Source: Candidatus Bathyarchaeota archaeon
Lineage (GTDB): Archaea > Thermoproteota > Bathyarchaeia > Bathyarchaeales > Bathycorpusculaceae
Length of the DNA stretch: 64,000 nucleotides
Direction: 5' to 3'
NCBI GenBank assembly: GCA_963828195.1
Contig: CAWHDT010000003.1
Location: 64,001 to 128,000 of the forward strand
Below, one piece after another: positions 39,951-50,477 of the stretch. The position numbers and the translations under genes are program-made. Position 1 is the stretch's first letter; every line of letters starts with the position of its first letter. The notes beneath the pieces are model-generated. The model did not search any database, had not been told where the DNA came from, and worked only from the letters and a program-made list of their open reading frames with translations.

Positions 39951-42458
39951 CTACTTTGCTGCGGGTTGAGGGACGGGTTTAACCACAGGGGCTGGGGCTG
40001 CTGCTTTGCGTTTGAGCATGTTCTCTAAGGTTGGTTGAAGCTTTGCGTTTTCCGCTTGTATCTTTTCTTTTCCCAGTGCCTCCATCTGCTCGTTCATTTC
40101 CTTGACGATACTGACGAATTTCTCTCCTTCAGCTGATGAAACATAATCAACCCTGAATCTTTCTTTGCTCAATCCAAGCTTTGTCAGCATTCCAGCTAAG
40201 GCATCCATGCGCGCTTTCATCCTGATGTTTCCTGAGATGTAGTGGCAGTCGCTGGGAAGATGGCAGGCGGTTATCAGTACCCCTGCGGCTCCCAGCCTAA
40301 ATGCTTCCATAACGAAGTCCCGATCTACCCGCCCAGTGCACATTACCCTTATCGCCCTTGTAGTAGGAGGGTATTCCAGCCGGCTCGTCCCCGCTCGGTC
40401 CGCGCCGGCGTAACCTCACCAGTTACACATAAACGTCAGTATCTTATCCTCGGGTTTGTTTTCTAAAGCAGCTCTGATTTGCGAGGTTATTTGTTCATCT
40501 GTAAAGTGCATCTGACTTATGGCGTCTTGTGGGCATTCAGCAACGCAGGTTCCGCATCCGTGGCATTGGGCTGCATTTATCTGGGCTGGTTGTCCCTCAG
40601 CCGCGGTTATGGCTCCGAAGGGACAGCTTTTCACGCAGACCCCGCATTTTGCCTTCACGTTTCTGCATTTGGCGATGTCTACTATTGAGACAATTGGCTC
40701 TATCTTCCATTTCGGCTGCGAAAGGATGGTTGCAGCTCTCGCCGCCGCGCCGCTTCCTTGCGCTACGCTGTAGGGTATGTCCTTTGGTCCCTGGCAAGCA
40801 CCTGCTAGGAATACTCCGTCCATAGGTGTGTCCATTGGTTTGAGCTTCGGGTGGCTTTCCATGAAGAACCCGTCTGATCCACGCGTTATGTGCAGGATGC
40901 TGGCCAATTCTTCGGCTCCTTTGCTGGGTATGGCGGCGGTGCTTAGCACAACAAGTTCGGCTTCGACTTCGATGGGTTGTCCAAGCGTCGAGTCCTCTGC
41001 TCGGATAGTCAAGTTTTTGGTTTTTGGGTCTTCCATTATTTGGGACGGTTTTCCCCTGATGAAGATGATTCCCATTTCACGGGCTCTTCGGTAGAATTCT
41101 TCGTAGCCTTTGGAGGGAGTGCGTATATCTATGTAGAAAAGGTAGACTTCCACTTCGTTATGGTAGTGTTCTTTGAGAAGGATGGCTTCTTTTAGCCCAT
41201 ACATGCAGCAGAAACCTGAACAGTACTCGTACTTCTTTACGTCTCTTGAGCCGACGCATTGGATGATGGCAACGCTTTTCGGTCTCTTTCCATCGGATGA
41301 GCGGACTACGTGTCCAGCTGTCGGGCCGCCTGCTGTAATGAGTCTCTCAAACTCCAGAGCTGTAATTACGTTATCGTATTTTCCATAGCCATACCTTGGA
41401 TCGTCATATGGTAGATAAATGTCGCAGCCTGTTGTTGCTATGATTGCTCCAACTTCCAACTCAACTTCTTCTGGCTTTTGATTAAAGTTGATGGCTTCAC
41501 GCGCGCCGCAGGCATCCACGCATTTGAAGCACTCTATGCAGTAATCCCTGTTTATCGAGTAGATAAGAGGCACTGCCTGATCAAACGGAATGGAGATGGC
41601 TTTTCTCACGCCTAAGTTCATATCCCACTCATTGGGGTATTCTATTGGGCAGGCGTCTTTGCATTCTCCGCAGCCAGTACATTTGTCGGCCATAACATAT
41701 TTCGGGTTTTTGCGAACTTTAACTCTGAAGTTGCCTACAAACCCCTCTACTTTGAGGATGTCCGCATTGGTTATTACTTGGACCTTAGGATGGCGCAGTA
41801 CTTCCACCATCCTAGGTCCTTCAATTCATATGCTGCAATCCAAAGTTGGAAAAGTCTTGTCGAGCTGTGCCATGTGTCCTCCTATGCTTGTGTTCTTCTC
41901 GACAAGGTATACTTGGAACCCCATATTAGCCAGATCCAGAGCGGAGTTGATGCCGGCAATGCCGCCGCCGATAACCAAGGCGTTTTTGGTTACAGGGACA
42001 TCCATGGGTTCAAGAGGCTTAAGCAGCCTCGCCTTGGCCACCGCCATCTTTATGGTATCTTTTGCTTTTGCTGTGGCTTCTTTTGGATTACTGGGATGGC
42101 ACCACGAAGCGAACTCACGTATGTTCGCCATTTCAAACACATAGGGATTTAGCCCTGCTTCACTTACGGTTTTCCTAAATGTTGGCTCATGCATCCTTGG
42201 GCTGCAAGCGGCTACGACGACACGGTTCAATCTGTGTTCTTTTATTGCTTTTCTGATTTCTTCTTGTCCCGGGTCAGCGCAGGTGTAGCGGTTTTCTTTA
42301 ACGTAGACTACGTCAGGTATAGTTTTTGCGTACTCGGCGACTGAAGGCACGTCCACGGTTCCTGCGATGTTCATGCCGCAGTGGCAGACGAAAACGCCAA
42401 TCCGTAGCTCTTCTGATTTTTGGGTTTCAGTTTGTTTTTGGGTTTCTGGGCTGCTCAT
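39951..42458 (-). CDS. hdrA-mvhD: HdrA-MvhD fusion selenoprotein (835 aa, Sec at codons 211 and 681)
   Basis: Three ORF-track pieces share one frame, separated only by TGA at 41826-41828 ([16 protein letters not shown]) and 40416-40418 ([22 protein letters not shown]); GGGIAG FAD motif, ferredoxin motifs, MvhD MCTGRVD and DCHY. Confidence 0.93.
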
Positions 42459-43390
42459 TTCACTATCTCCACTAAGTTGAATCTTTTTGAAACTACATTA
42501 TGCCTATTCTCGCCAGCGACAGCTCTAAATTCTTTAGCAGCGTCGGTTGGTGAAGTTAGTCTTTCCAGGGCTTTGTTCCATGTGCCTGAATGAATTGAGG
42601 TATGTCTTATTTTTGTTCGTTTAAGAGTTAACGCTTCAGGCACGGGGCAAACGTTTTTGCATGCGCCGCAGTAAGTGCAGAATAATTCGTTAATGTGAAC
42701 TTTCTTGTCTTCGCCCAGCGTTAAGGCGCCGGGGATGGGGCAGATGTCGAGGCAGTCTTGGCATCCTTCGGGGCATTTTTCCTGATTGATTGCGATTACG
42801 CCTTCAAACGTTTTTTTGACTTTTATGGTGCCAGGACTGCATTTGAACTCGCATACTCTGCAAGTTGGGCAATACTCTTTTTGAATGTCAAGGCTGAGTT
42901 GGACGCGTGTCTTCTCGGTAGGTGATAAAGCCTCAAAGTTTTCGATTGGTCTGCCGTCATAACCAACCTTGGAGACTTTAATTAGCGATAGCGGGCAGGC
43001 TTTTTCGCAGTCTACGCATTCTTTCTGGCACTGGCTCGTGTCAACTTTTATGTCGCGGACCAGCTGCGGGTAACTTTCTTTCGCCAGCACAGATAGATCA
43101 TGTGCGCCGTTCAAAGTAACTTTGACTGCGCCATACGGACAGGTGACATCGCAGACGCCGCAGAAATTGCATTTTGCCAAATCAACGTCTATTTTGGCTT
43201 TTTTTGCTTTTTCCCCTTGAATTTTAGGCTGCTTCTGTATGCTTATGGCTTCTTTAGGGCAAGCCAAACTGCATATTTGGCAGCTAACACAGCGTTTTTT
43301 GTCAAGCGTTAACTTGTAATTCTTAACTTGCAAACCCCATTCTAACGTTAAAGCATCTGCCGCATCTTTCTTTACGTTTTTAAACGGCAT
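42455..43390 (-). CDS. fwdF: Polyferredoxin, FwdF-like
   Basis: Six CxxCxxCxxxCP-type motifs; stop overlaps the hdrA start (ATGA). Confidence 0.8.
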   Translation of the reverse strand: MPFKNVKKDAADALTLEWGLQVKNYKLTLDKKRCVSCQICSLACPKEAISIQKQPKIQGEKAKKAKIDVDLAKCNFCGVCDVTCPYGAVKVTLNGAHDLSVLAKESYPQLVRDIKVDTSQCQKECVDCEKACPLSLIKVSKVGYDGRPIENFEALSPTEKTRVQLSLDIQKEYCPTCRVCEFKCSPGTIKVKKTFEGVIAINQEKCPEGCQDCLDICPIPGALTLGEDKKVHINELFCTYCGACKNVCPVPEALTLKRTKIRHTSIHSGTWNKALERLTSPTDAAKEFRAVAGENRHNVVSKRFNLVEIVK

Positions 43391-43657
43391 TTATTTTATC
43401 ACCGAGAGGTTCTTTCCCGCAAAGTCAATTAGTTTAGAGCCCGAACAGGTTAATTAGAATGATTGGAGTACAGAGCTTTTGATATAAATATTGCTTGAAA
43501 AAACAACCGTTTTCCTCATAACAAACTACAAATCTTCTCCATTCCATTTTAGATTCTGATAGAGCGAATTGACCGTAAATATTAAAGATGTATCTGGCGT
43601 AATAATGCTGAACTTGAGTAATGCTGATCTATGCTTTGTTTAAGCATTAAAGGTTGA

Positions 43658-44281
43658 TTGGATGGTGGAAAAGTGAAGGTTTGTCTAGTTTCCTGTAGTG
43701 TTCTTAAAGAGGAGATAAAGGAATTAATCAAACAGGAACGCTTAGCTGGCGACGTAGTTTATGTGAGCAAATACTTCCATGTGGATTATGAACTTGTGGA
43801 GAAAAACGTTCGAAAAGTCCTGGAAAAAACCGTGCCGAAATATTTTGGAAAAGTAGTACTCGTATATGGAGATTTTTGTTTAGGCCAAGATAACGAAATG
43901 AAAAAGCTCGCTGAAGAATACGGAATTGTTAAAGTTGACGCAGTGAACTGCGTTGATTGTCAGCTTGGCGGAAAAGGCGCTTTTCTTGAAGCAGACCCAA
44001 ATCATAACCTTATGTTTATGGGTCCAGGAATGATAGAGTTCTTCAAGTACATGAAAGAAAAAATGCTGAAAGAAGGGGTTGATGAGGCAACCTTTGCGAA
44101 CATGTTCAGCGGCATTAAAGGCATCGTGCTACTAGTTACTTGTGGAAACGCAGAAAAATACAAAGAAGAGCTGAAAAAAATAGGCGTTGGGCTTCCAATT
44201 CTGGAAACAAGAGAAATAGGTTTAGAAAACTTTAGACAAGTTATTTCTGATGCACTTGAACGTGTAAGTGGAGCTCCTTGA
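43658..44281 (+). CDS. DUF1638 family protein
   Basis: SCSVLKEE, YGDFC, AVNCVDC.LGG motifs. Confidence 0.7.
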   Translation: MDGGKVKVCLVSCSVLKEEIKELIKQERLAGDVVYVSKYFHVDYELVEKNVRKVLEKTVPKYFGKVVLVYGDFCLGQDNEMKKLAEEYGIVKVDAVNCVDCQLGGKGAFLEADPNHNLMFMGPGMIEFFKYMKEKMLKEGVDEATFANMFSGIKGIVLLVTCGNAEKYKEELKKIGVGLPILETREIGLENFRQVISDALERVSGAP

Positions 44282-44365
44282 CTCTTTAACGCTTGAAACT
44301 TAAGTAATTGAATGCTTGAACATCAAGGGATGAACCGCAAATATTAAAGACGCATCCGCACAATA

Positions 44366-47300
44366 ATGCATTCTATTACGTGTGGATGTGCTTTAATGAC
44401 GCAAACGGTTACCTCTCAACCTATGAAGCGAGTTGAAGATTGGAAGTCACGGTTAATCGACCTCTCAAAAAGAAACAATCTCTTATTTTTCCATAAGGCA
44501 AAACGCGGAAACCTTGCTGTCACGCAGCCTGAACAGCAGGCAATATTCAATATGTTAGTTTTGAAGAAACGACGTTTAGAGTTCTGGATGCCTCCTGAAG
44601 AGAAAAAGCCTGAGATACAAGGCAAGGCAAAAGTTAAAGGAAAAGCTAAGGCTAAAACAGCCAAAAGCAACGTAACCGCAGCAGTTAAGCCCGATAGCGA
44701 TGCTGAAGTGCCGGAAGCATCAAAGCAGCGCCCAACCGCCAATCAGCTGGTCTGTGGGAACCTGTCTCGTACTGACCTTGAAAGAACTCTTAAAGGGTTG
44801 CAGTGGCGTTCTCTTCTTGATTACCGCGAACGAGGAGTTCGCATTCTGCATGCTGCATTCGGCACTTTGAACTGGGTAGATTTGGAGACAAAAGAAAACG
44901 TTCAGTCCCCCCTAATTCTTGTACCTTTAGAATTAACGCGGGATTCTATACGCAAACCCTACGAGATCGCGGTGCCGCCAGTTGAAGAAGAAGCAGTCCT
45001 AAACCCTGCATTGCAGGTTAAACTGAAAAACGACTACAAAATTGAGTTGCCGCCTTTGCCTGATGAGTGGGAAAACCAAAACTTGACAGACTACTTTAGC
45101 ACGGTAAATCAAGCTGTTGCTGAAATGGGTTGGAAGGCTGAGCCGTCGGTTGACCTTGGCCTTTTTTCATTCCAAAAACTCGTTATTTACAAAGACTTGG
45201 AGGCGAACGCTGATTTAGTTACCCAGCATCCGATAATTCGAGCAATCGCCGGCATAAAAGAAGACAACCTTATCTTGGAAGGCTTGCCTGACGAGAAAGA
45301 CGTGGACAAAATTGAGGCTCCAGAAAAAACCTATCAAGTTCTTGATGCCGACAGCAGCCAACGGGTTGCGATTGAGTATGCGTTGCGGGGACAAAGCTTT
45401 GTCATGAAAGGTCCGCCTGGAACGGGAAAAAGCCAAACTATCGCAAACATAATTGCTGAATGTATTGCTAACGGAAAATCTGTGCTTTTTGTTAGCGACA
45501 AGATGGCTGCTCTGGAAGTGGTTTATAAGAGGTTAAGTGAGGTTGGTTTAGCTCATTTCTGCCTTGAACTTCACAGCAGCAAAGCTAACAAGCAGCAAGT
45601 TGTGGCTGAACTCAAACGTAGTCTTGACGAAAACCTTGTTCCCCGTAAACTGCCGTCGCCTCATGAGTTCGAGCGGATGACTGAATACCGTGAAGCATTA
45701 AATGGTTATGTTACTGCGTTGCATGAGAAACGTCCATACTTGCAGAGAAGCGCTTATGAAGTTTTAAGCTTGATTTCAAGCCTTGAACGGGTTGCCTTTG
45801 TACCGGTGGGCTTAACTGAACTGGGTACCTTGACGCCTCAGAAGATGCATGAGCTTGAAGAACTTGTTTCTCAATTAAGCAAAGTGTGGCAGGTTATAGA
45901 AGAACCAGATTTTCCATGGCTAGGTTACCGCGCAAACACCTATAATCTTGAAATTCGCTCAGAAGTGTTAACCGAGCTTGAAAACATAAGCGAAACATTG
46001 CACGAACTGCAGCTGGAAAACGAAGATTTTTCCGCCAAATTTGGCGTGTTTCCGCCCGAGACGTTTGCGCGGTTAAAATGGCTTCTTGAAGTCAGCAAGT
46101 TTCTCTATGAAAGCCCCAAGCCAGAAGCTTCTTGGTTAACGAACCCTGACATTGAAAAACTCTTAAACGAAGCAAAAACCTACAATGACACTGCCGTCTG
46201 GATTAAGAACACCCGCATCAACCTTATGGAACGTTATCACCCATCATTATTCAACCTGGTCCTCAACCGGTCAACGGAAATAAAACAGCAACTTGACGCG
46301 CTCGACAGGATGTTGCCAGCGGTAGAGTTGGAAGAAAGCGAGTTTTTGCACAAACAAGAGCAGCTCTTAGCTTACCTAAGGCACACACAGTTATCATTAA
46401 AGAAGTGGCGTGAAACCTCGCAAGCGCTTGCTCCGATGCTTGGATTAGATAGCGAAGGCTTGACGATTAATCAATTAAAAGAATTATCTAAAATGGCGCT
46501 GTTATGTTTCGCAGAGGACAAACCTGAGCCTCAATGGTTCGACGCCGGCTATTTCAGGCAAGTTCAAGAAACAGTTTCAAAAGCAAAACGGCTCTACCAA
46601 GACCACAACTTGCTGAAAAGCAGGCTTGACCAAACCTACACGGACGGCATTTACGAGCTTGACCTTGACGGACTCATCGAAAGATACAACGAGTACCAAG
46701 GCTCTCTGAACATATTTAATTCCGCTTACCGCAGCGACCAAAAACAAATCGCCAGAGTAACCAACGACGGCAAAGTTCCGAAAACCGTGCTAACCGACCT
46801 CATCGACGCCCGCAAAGTCAAAAAGCTGCACACCCAGATTGAGGAGTCAGCTGAAACAGTCAGAACCTTGCTTGGTCACTACTATCATAAGTCCAAAACA
46901 GATTTTCAGGGCGCAGAAAAAGCGATGGAGTTAACTGCTGAAATTCGCAAGCTTTCTTGGGCAACCCAAATTCCAGAAAACCTCTTGAAACTAATAACTA
47001 ACACTTCCAGCCCTTCGCCGATGATTAAGAATTTAGGCTTAGAGCTTCAGGAGTCCGTTGATAAGTGGGAGCAGCTTGGCAAAGATCTGGAGCCGCTTAT
47101 ACCTCCAAGCATTCCTAAATCAGCAACCGCTATTACTCAAACGCCATTGCAGCTGCTTGAGGAATGGGCGACTGAGACAGAAAAACAACTGAACTCCCTG
47201 TTCACGCTGACCAAAGAGACAATGGCAACATGTAAGCAGGAACCTCAGAACTACAAGCAACTTTTGAAAGACCTAAGAGACGCTGAAGATATACGGAAAA

Positions 47301-50071
47301 AAGAAGCCGCCATAATAGGCGAAAAAACCCAGCTTCAAGCAAAATTCGGCTCACGCTTCCATGAGTTAGAAACGGATTGGCAAGATATTTTAGCCGTTCT
47401 AGGCTGGTCAAAAATCGTTCAAGCAGCTTTCCTTGACATCCCGATTCCACAAGCCTACGCAAGTATTGCGAGTCAGGGCCCCGCCGCCGCGCCATTAAAT
47501 ACGGAACTTAACCAAAAATTCAACGCTTCATTAAATGTTCTGTCAGCTTTTGAAGCCCGTTTTGAATCGGAAATGAAATATCAAAACCGAAGGCTGAAGG
47601 ATTTAGAAATTAAAGTAATCGGCGAAAGAATAAAAGCCCTTCGGGACCGAGTTGACGACTTGCAAGTTTGGATTGACTTCAAAGACATCAAAAACCGCTT
47701 TGCCCTAAGGGGCTTAGACCAATTCTTTAATCGTTTGGCGGAGCAGCATATTATGGCTGATGACTTAGTTGATGTTTTCCGCAGAGGAGTCTATCAAGAA
47801 TGGATAAACAACCTCTACAGTGAAGATCAGAAGTTGGGTAGGTTTAGAAGGGAAAATCATGAGCAGGTAGTTGAGGACTTCAGGAAATTAGACCAAGACC
47901 TTATTCACTTGACCTCCAGCATGGTTATTGAACAGGCAAACAGCCGAAAACCCCAGGACATACTGGTTCAGGCAGCCGACAGCGAAGCCAACATTTTGCT
48001 TAAAGAAGCCGCAAAGAAGAGGCAGTTAATGCCGATTCGCACGCTGCTGCAGAAGATTCCTAACCTGCTTGTTAAACTAAAGCCTTGCCTATTAATGAGC
48101 CCAATAACCGTCAGCCAGTTCCTGCCCCCTGAAAGCAACAAGTTTGACTTAGTTTTGTTTGATGAGGCTTCGCAGATTGTTCCTGAAGACGCCATCGGCT
48201 CAATTTACCGTGGAAAAACCTTGGTTGTTGCAGGCGATAACAAGCAGTTGCCGCCAACATCTTTCTTCCAGAAAAACCTCATTGACGACGTTGACTGGGA
48301 CGAGTTAAGCGACGAGGACCTGGAAGTCTTCGACAGCATACTTGATGAGTGTTTAGGCATCGGGTTACCAGTTAAAACTTTGAAGTGGCACTACCGAAGC
48401 AGACATGAAGACTTAATTGCATTCTCAAACCACCGCTTCTACGACGACAACCTTATAACTTTTCCCGCGGCAAAAGCCCAAACAGATAGCTTAGGCGTAA
48501 AATTAATCTATGTTCCTGACGGCGTCTATGACCGCGGCGGCAAAAGAAACAACCCGAATGAAGCAGAAAAAGTAGCCGACCTCGTTTTCGAACACTTCCG
48601 CCTGTACCCCAAGAAAACCTTGGGGGTTGTAACCTTTAGCGTGGCGCAGATGGAAACCGTTGAAGAAGCCATAGATCGCCGACTTAAAGAGCACCCTGAC
48701 TTCGAGCAGTTCTTTAAAGAAGATCGGCTGGAAGGCTTTTTCGTTAAGAACTTGGAGAACGTGCAAGGCGACGAGCGGGATGTTATATTCTTCAGCGTCG
48801 GCTACGGTTATGACCAGCAGAAACAAATGGCGATGAACTTTGGGCCATTAAACAAGCCTGGCGGCGAACGACGCTTAAACGTTGCCGTTACCCGTGCCCG
48901 CGAAAAAGTAGTTCTAATCACCTCGATTAAAGCCACGGATATTGATGCTGAAACTAAAGCAGTCGGAGTCCAAACGCTACGTTACTACCTTGACTACGCA
49001 GAGCATGGGCCTGAAACGTTAGAGTCAGTTAAGTCTAAAGAAGGCGAGTTTGAGTCAGCTTTAGACGAAGATGTAGCGGCGGAAATAAAGAAGATGGGGT
49101 ATGAAGTAGTTCCGCAGGTAGGCTGCAGCGGCTACCGAATAGACATCGGCGTGGTCAACCCAGTTAACCCTGGAAACTACCTGTTAGGCGTAGAATGCGA
49201 CGGCGCCACATACAAATCCAGCAGCAGCGCACGAGACAGAGACCGACTCCGCGAGCAAGTGCTCAGGCAACTAGGCTGGCGCATCCACCGCATTTGGTCT
49301 CCAGCTTGGGTTGCAAGACGCGACTCTGAAATCCGACGACTAAAAGACACTCTTGAACAAGCAAACAAATTACAACTTGAAAAAGACACCCAGAAACCAA
49401 TCATTGACACAAAAGAAAATATGGCTCCGAAAACCGATGTTCAGAAAAACCATTTTGCAGGTGTAGAAAAAATCGGGCAGCCCTACAAGATTTACCCGCT
49501 TAAAGCAACCTTTAACCCGTACATTAAAGTTGCGACAGCCCAATCCACGTATGATTCGCGTCAGAAAAACGAGTTTCACTTTCCCGAAAACAGGGAAGCT
49601 CAAACAAAACTTCTCGCTGAGCTTGTGCAAAATGAGGGTCCGGTGCATTTTGACTATGCTGTTGAACGTTTAGCTGCTGCGTGGGGTGCTAAGCAGGTGA
49701 CGCCGCAGATAACTCACGCGGTAAAGGAAGCGCTCAACAACTTGATAAGGGAACAGAAAGTGGTGATTAAAGGCAGTTTCCTTTGGCCGCTTGGACTTAA
49801 AGAAACGCCGATCCGCGTTCCAGTGCAGGGCATTCCTGAATCCAAACGCAAAGCCGAGTACATTGCTCCTGAAGAAATTGAATCCGCCATGACGCTGGTT
49901 GCTCAGTACGCGCTAGGCATAAGTGAAGATTCGTTGATTGCTGAGACCGAAAAAGTGTTCGGTGTCAACCATTCAGGCGAAGAAGGCAAAGCGGTGTTCT
50001 CTGAAATACTGAAGCGGCTAATGAGAGACAGAAAACTCGTCAGCAAAGACGACGTCGTCACCGCCGCTTAA
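44366..50071 (+). CDS. DUF4011 - SF1 (DNA2/NAM7-like) helicase - Vsr-like nuclease - DUF3320 protein
   Basis: W..RLIDLS.RN.L, GPPGTGKSQTI, FDEASQ, GDNKQLPP, WHYRS, VQGDERD, RRLNVAVTRA, RIDIGV...GVECDG, RIWS. Confidence 0.9.
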   Translation: MHSITCGCALMTQTVTSQPMKRVEDWKSRLIDLSKRNNLLFFHKAKRGNLAVTQPEQQAIFNMLVLKKRRLEFWMPPEEKKPEIQGKAKVKGKAKAKTAKSNVTAAVKPDSDAEVPEASKQRPTANQLVCGNLSRTDLERTLKGLQWRSLLDYRERGVRILHAAFGTLNWVDLETKENVQSPLILVPLELTRDSIRKPYEIAVPPVEEEAVLNPALQVKLKNDYKIELPPLPDEWENQNLTDYFSTVNQAVAEMGWKAEPSVDLGLFSFQKLVIYKDLEANADLVTQHPIIRAIAGIKEDNLILEGLPDEKDVDKIEAPEKTYQVLDADSSQRVAIEYALRGQSFVMKGPPGTGKSQTIANIIAECIANGKSVLFVSDKMAALEVVYKRLSEVGLAHFCLELHSSKANKQQVVAELKRSLDENLVPRKLPSPHEFERMTEYREALNGYVTALHEKRPYLQRSAYEVLSLISSLERVAFVPVGLTELGTLTPQKMHELEELVSQLSKVWQVIEEPDFPWLGYRANTYNLEIRSEVLTELENISETLHELQLENEDFSAKFGVFPPETFARLKWLLEVSKFLYESPKPEASWLTNPDIEKLLNEAKTYNDTAVWIKNTRINLMERYHPSLFNLVLNRSTEIKQQLDALDRMLPAVELEESEFLHKQEQLLAYLRHTQLSLKKWRETSQALAPMLGLDSEGLTINQLKELSKMALLCFAEDKPEPQWFDAGYFRQVQETVSKAKRLYQDHNLLKSRLDQTYTDGIYELDLDGLIERYNEYQGSLNIFNSAYRSDQKQIARVTNDGKVPKTVLTDLIDARKVKKLHTQIEESAETVRTLLGHYYHKSKTDFQGAEKAMELTAEIRKLSWATQIPENLLKLITNTSSPSPMIKNLGLELQESVDKWEQLGKDLEPLIPPSIPKSATAITQTPLQLLEEWATETEKQLNSLFTLTKETMATCKQEPQNYKQLLKDLRDAEDIRKKEAAIIGEKTQLQAKFGSRFHELETDWQDILAVLGWSKIVQAAFLDIPIPQAYASIASQGPAAAPLNTELNQKFNASLNVLSAFEARFESEMKYQNRRLKDLEIKVIGERIKALRDRVDDLQVWIDFKDIKNRFALRGLDQFFNRLAEQHIMADDLVDVFRRGVYQEWINNLYSEDQKLGRFRRENHEQVVEDFRKLDQDLIHLTSSMVIEQANSRKPQDILVQAADSEANILLKEAAKKRQLMPIRTLLQKIPNLLVKLKPCLLMSPITVSQFLPPESNKFDLVLFDEASQIVPEDAIGSIYRGKTLVVAGDNKQLPPTSFFQKNLIDDVDWDELSDEDLEVFDSILDECLGIGLPVKTLKWHYRSRHEDLIAFSNHRFYDDNLITFPAAKAQTDSLGVKLIYVPDGVYDRGGKRNNPNEAEKVADLVFEHFRLYPKKTLGVVTFSVAQMETVEEAIDRRLKEHPDFEQFFKEDRLEGFFVKNLENVQGDERDVIFFSVGYGYDQQKQMAMNFGPLNKPGGERRLNVAVTRAREKVVLITSIKATDIDAETKAVGVQTLRYYLDYAEHGPETLESVKSKEGEFESALDEDVAAEIKKMGYEVVPQVGCSGYRIDIGVVNPVNPGNYLLGVECDGATYKSSSSARDRDRLREQVLRQLGWRIHRIWSPAWVARRDSEIRRLKDTLEQANKLQLEKDTQKPIIDTKENMAPKTDVQKNHFAGVEKIGQPYKIYPLKATFNPYIKVATAQSTYDSRQKNEFHFPENREAQTKLLAELVQNEGPVHFDYAVERLAAAWGAKQVTPQITHAVKEALNNLIREQKVVIKGSFLWPLGLKETPIRVPVQGIPESKRKAEYIAPEEIESAMTLVAQYALGISEDSLIAETEKVFGVNHSGEEGKAVFSEILKRLMRDRKLVSKDDVVTAA

Positions 50072-50134
50072 GCACCCCTTTTTTGTGTGCTTTATTGTAA
50101 AAAAGCGCTCGAAGCGTTTGAGATATTGGTTTAG

Positions 50135-50344
50135 TTTTTTGAAAGAACAACAACACCCGAAAAACAACTGTTGTTCTTCTTCAATATTTTTCAAAAGAAG
50201 AAGAAGCTTGGTGAAAGTGTTTTTCTTCTTCTATGGTCCTGTTTCTTTTTTGTTGTTGTTTTTTTGCACAAATAGTAGGTAGGTCCATAGGTGGGTCGGC
50301 TGCTTAGGTCCAGGGCTTGTTTTGGTTGATTTTTGAGTTTAGGG
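50135..50344 (-). repeat. Dispersed ~210-bp intergenic repeat, copy 2 (inverted)
   Basis: Reverse complement aligns with 3337-3545. Confidence 0.75.
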
Positions 50345-50477
50345 ACATTTGCCTTGGGTTTTGGTGCTGGCATCAAAAATCACATATAAAATACTCTCAA
50401 AGACCCATTTAATGTTTTGAGGAATCGCTGTTGTGCTGAATATCTTCGTGCCCAAGCCTTCAAAGCTAAAGTGAAGC

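Noticed and set aside
39951-42458. hdrA/mvhD as a nonsense-mutated pseudogene or three separate genes
   Set aside because: Both stops are TGA exactly at conserved Cys positions, the frame and motifs continue across them, and Sec machinery is adjacent.
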